Shown here one piece after another: positions 47,054 through 49,306 of a stretch of 49,306 nt of DNA. Position 1 is the first letter of the stretch. Every line of letters begins with the position of its first letter. The notes below the pieces were generated by a model. It saw only the letters and a list, made by a program, of their open reading frames with translations. It did not search any database and was not told where the DNA came from. Made by a program: the position numbers and the translations under genes. This stretch comes from Candidatus Midichloriaceae bacterium. GTDB taxonomy: Bacteria; Pseudomonadota; Alphaproteobacteria; Rickettsiales; Midichloriaceae. The stretch spans positions 1 through 49,306 of the forward strand of contig CBFHIH010000001.1 of assembly GCA_965655955.1 (NCBI GenBank). Direction: 5' to 3'.

Positions 47054-49306
47054 ATGAGCGAATATAGGCCAGGAGCTATAGAAAAGAAGTGGCAGGACTT
47101 TTGGGCAGAAAAAAATATATACGAAACTAACGAACAAAATTTAGCTAAGAAATATTATGTCTTAGAAATGTTCCTATATCCTTCTGGAAAAATTCACATG
47201 GGGCATGTCAGAAATTACGCCATAGGAGATGTTGTTGCAAGATTTCAAAAAGCTCAAGGATATGAAATCTTACATCCAATGGGTTGGGACGCATTTGGAT
47301 TGCCAGCTGAAAATGCTGCTATACAAAACAATGCACATCCAGCTGACTGGACTGAGAAAAATATAGCCAATATGAAAGATCAACTAAAAATACTTGGCTT
47401 TTCATATGACTGGAATAGAGAAATCAACACTTCGGATTCAGAGTATTACAAGCATGAACAAGCAATGTTTATAGACTTCTTGAATATGGGCTTGGCATAT
47501 CAAAAAGAATCTGTTGTGAATTGGGATCCAGTGGATCAGACGGTTTTGGCTAATGAACAAGTGGTAAACGGTCTTGGATGGCGTTCTGGCGCTGTTGTTG
47601 AAAAAAAGAATTTGAAGCAGTGGTTTTTGAAAATCACTCAATATCAAGAAGAATTACTAAGATGTTTAGAAGATCTGCCGCACTGGCCAGATAAAGTCAA
47701 AATTATGCAAAAAAACTGGATAGGTAAATCTGTGGGAGCAGAAATTGATTTTCAGATTCTTGGAGGTGATAATCTTATAAAGATCTTCTCAACCAGACCA
47801 GAAACCATTTTTGGCGCTACATTCCTGTGCATAGCTCATGATCATCCATTTGTGAAAAATTGCCAGAATGAAGCATTGGATAACTTTATTCATGAATGCA
47901 AAACAGAAGATAACGCTGAAAAAGAGAAAAAAGGATGTTTTACAGGATTTTATGCACAACATCCTTTTTTGGATAAAAAAATACCTATATATGTTGCAAA
48001 TTATGTTCTTTCTTCTTTTGGAACTGGTGCGGTATTTGGATGCCCTGCACATGATGAAAGAGACTATGAGTTTGCGCAAAAATATAACCTCGAGGTAATA
48101 CAAGTCATCTATCATTCAAATGAAAAGCTACCTTATGTTGATCATTTAGGAAAAATGATTAACTCTGAATTTTTAAATGATTTGGAAGTTTCTGAAGCAA
48201 AACAACGTGTAATAGATGTTTTAGAAGAACAAGGCTTTGGTAAGTCAAAGATTAACTATAAACTCAGGGATTGGGGAGTTTCGCGACAAAGATATTGGGG
48301 GTGCCCTATACCTGTGATTTATTGCAATAATTGTGGCATTGTACCAGTTGATAAAAAAGATCTCCCAGTAAAGCTACCAGAAGATATATCTTTTGATCAA
48401 CCAGGCAATCCATTAGAAAATCATCCAACATGGCAAAATGTCAAGTGTCATAAATGTGGGAGCGCAGCAAAAAGAGAAACGGATACTTTTGATACATTTT
48501 TCGAATCTTCTTGGTATTTCGCAAGATTTTGTAGCATTAAAGAAAACAAAGCCTTTGATAAAGAAATTGCTGAAAAATGGCTTCCTGTCGATCAATATAT
48601 AGGTGGGATAGAGCATGCTATAATGCATTTGCTATATGCAAGATTTTTCACCAAAGCCTTGCGTGATGCTGGATATCTTGATGTCAATGAACCGTTCAAA
48701 GGATTGTTGACACAAGGAATGATATGCCACAGAACTTTCAAAGATTCTGCTGGCAATTGGTTGTACCCTGAAGAGGTAAAAAAAGAAGCAGAAGGTTATG
48801 TTGCTAAACATGATTTTCTTCCTGTCACAGTAGGAAGAATTGAAAAAATGAGCAAGTCGAAGAAGAATACTGTTGATCCAACTCAAATGGTTGAAAAATA
48901 TGGCGCAGATGCCATTAGATTGTTTTTATTATCAGATTCTCCTCCAATCAGAGATTTAGAATGGTCTGATGAAGGGATAGAGGGGAGCTATAGATATCTA
49001 AACAATTTTTATCAATTTGCCTTGAAATTTCTTGATTCTAACAAAGAAGTCAAAGTTTGTGCTGACGATGAAAGAGTTTTGTCATTGATGCACAAGACTA
49101 TCAAACAAGTGAATGAAGATATAAAAAATTTCGCTTTTAACAAAGCGATTGCCAATGTTAGAAAGTTTAATAACGCCCTTTTAGAACATGAATTAAACTC
49201 TGAAATTTTAGAATCAAGTATCAAAACCATCATACAACTTCTATATCCGTTTGTGCCTCACATCATGGAAGAGTTGTGGTCTAAATTCTCTACAGAATCT
49301 TTATGG
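47054..49306 (+). CDS. leuS: leucine--tRNA ligase (3'-truncated by the window end)
   Basis: Not in the supplied ORF track because no stop lies in the window. I translated 751 codons by hand without a stop. HIGH motif PSGKIHMGHVRNY, WGVSRQRYWGCPIP, CP1 editing region, KMSKSKKN (KMSKS motif) at about 48846-48869. Confidence 0.95.
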   Translation, partial: MSEYRPGAIEKKWQDFWAEKNIYETNEQNLAKKYYVLEMFLYPSGKIHMGHVRNYAIGDVVARFQKAQGYEILHPMGWDAFGLPAENAAIQNNAHPADWTEKNIANMKDQLKILGFSYDWNREINTSDSEYYKHEQAMFIDFLNMGLAYQKESVVNWDPVDQTVLANEQVVNGLGWRSGAVVEKKNLKQWFLKITQYQEELLRCLEDLPHWPDKVKIMQKNWIGKSVGAEIDFQILGGDNLIKIFSTRPETIFGATFLCIAHDHPFVKNCQNEALDNFIHECKTEDNAEKEKKGCFTGFYAQHPFLDKKIPIYVANYVLSSFGTGAVFGCPAHDERDYEFAQKYNLEVIQVIYHSNEKLPYVDHLGKMINSEFLNDLEVSEAKQRVIDVLEEQGFGKSKINYKLRDWGVSRQRYWGCPIPVIYCNNCGIVPVDKKDLPVKLPEDISFDQPGNPLENHPTWQNVKCHKCGSAAKRETDTFDTFFESSWYFARFCSIKENKAFDKEIAEKWLPVDQYIGGIEHAIMHLLYARFFTKALRDAGYLDVNEPFKGLLTQGMICHRTFKDSAGNWLYPEEVKKEAEGYVAKHDFLPVTVGRIEKMSKSKKNTVDPTQMVEKYGADAIRLFLLSDSPPIRDLEWSDEGIEGSYRYLNNFYQFALKFLDSNKEVKVCADDERVLSLMHKTIKQVNEDIKNFAFNKAIANVRKFNNALLEHELNSEILESSIKTIIQLLYPFVPHIMEELWSKFSTESLW

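Noticed and set aside
47438-49233. Six minus-strand ORFs of 69-108 aa listed in the ORF track (47438-47647, 47789-48115, 48413-48628, 48632-48886, 49012-49233) and one plus-strand ORF (47868-48098).
   Set aside because: All lie inside, and antisense or out of frame to, an uninterrupted 751-codon leuS reading frame with HIGH and KMSKS motifs. Their products are low-complexity F/I/L/K-rich sequences typical of spurious ORFs in AT-rich DNA.
1-49306. A whole-window look for CRISPR arrays, rRNA, IS elements/transposases, integrases, prophage genes, and toxin-antitoxin or known defence-system genes other than the R-M remnant.
   Set aside because: I found no regularly spaced direct repeats and no ORF product with transposase, integrase, phage or TA motifs. 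The only perfect repeat seen by eye is the 22-bp duplication at 30889-30932. A computational repeat search would still be needed to exclude dispersed short repeats.

Overview
AT-rich (about one-third G+C by eye), tightly packed chromosomal window that looks alphaproteobacterial with a reduced genome. Supporting markers are an alpha-type 5-aminolevulinate synthase, TrmFO, a CcoS mini-gene and a Caulobacter-like fliF-fliG-fliH-fliN operon. A Rickettsiales/Holosporales-type intracellular bacterium is my guess and cannot be proven from this sequence. Most of the window is housekeeping: rmuC-uvrD-uppS-cdsA-dxr, rpsU, lptB, a delta-9-type desaturase, tRNA-Pro, mfd, htpG, hemA-gshB-gmk-rlmE, fbaB, mutM, trhO, ppa, an aldehyde dehydrogenase, rpsP-rimM-trmD-rplS-rplY-trmFO-ccoS, pal, flagellin, comEC, bcp, and a 3'-truncated leuS that the ORF track missed. 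I saw no rRNA, CRISPR array, transposase or integrase. The non-routine items are: (1) one ORF fusing a glutaredoxin to a ProQ/FinO RNA-chaperone domain; (2) a decayed type II R-M cassette (PLD-family REase plus C5-MTase) immediately after fliN; (3) two diverged paralogs of an MFS transporter fused to a SpoT-type HD (ppGpp hydrolase) domain, one broken only by a perfect 22-bp tandem duplication; (4) a coiled-coil orphan gene separated from its likely ATG/RBS by a 1-nt offset in an A7 tract; (5) several orphan ORFs (25342-27417, 29785-30261, 34128-35420, 44013-44753) for which I recognise no family. I found no clear multi-gene novel system. The Grx-ProQ fusion and the MFS-HD pair are the best candidates for undescribed biology.
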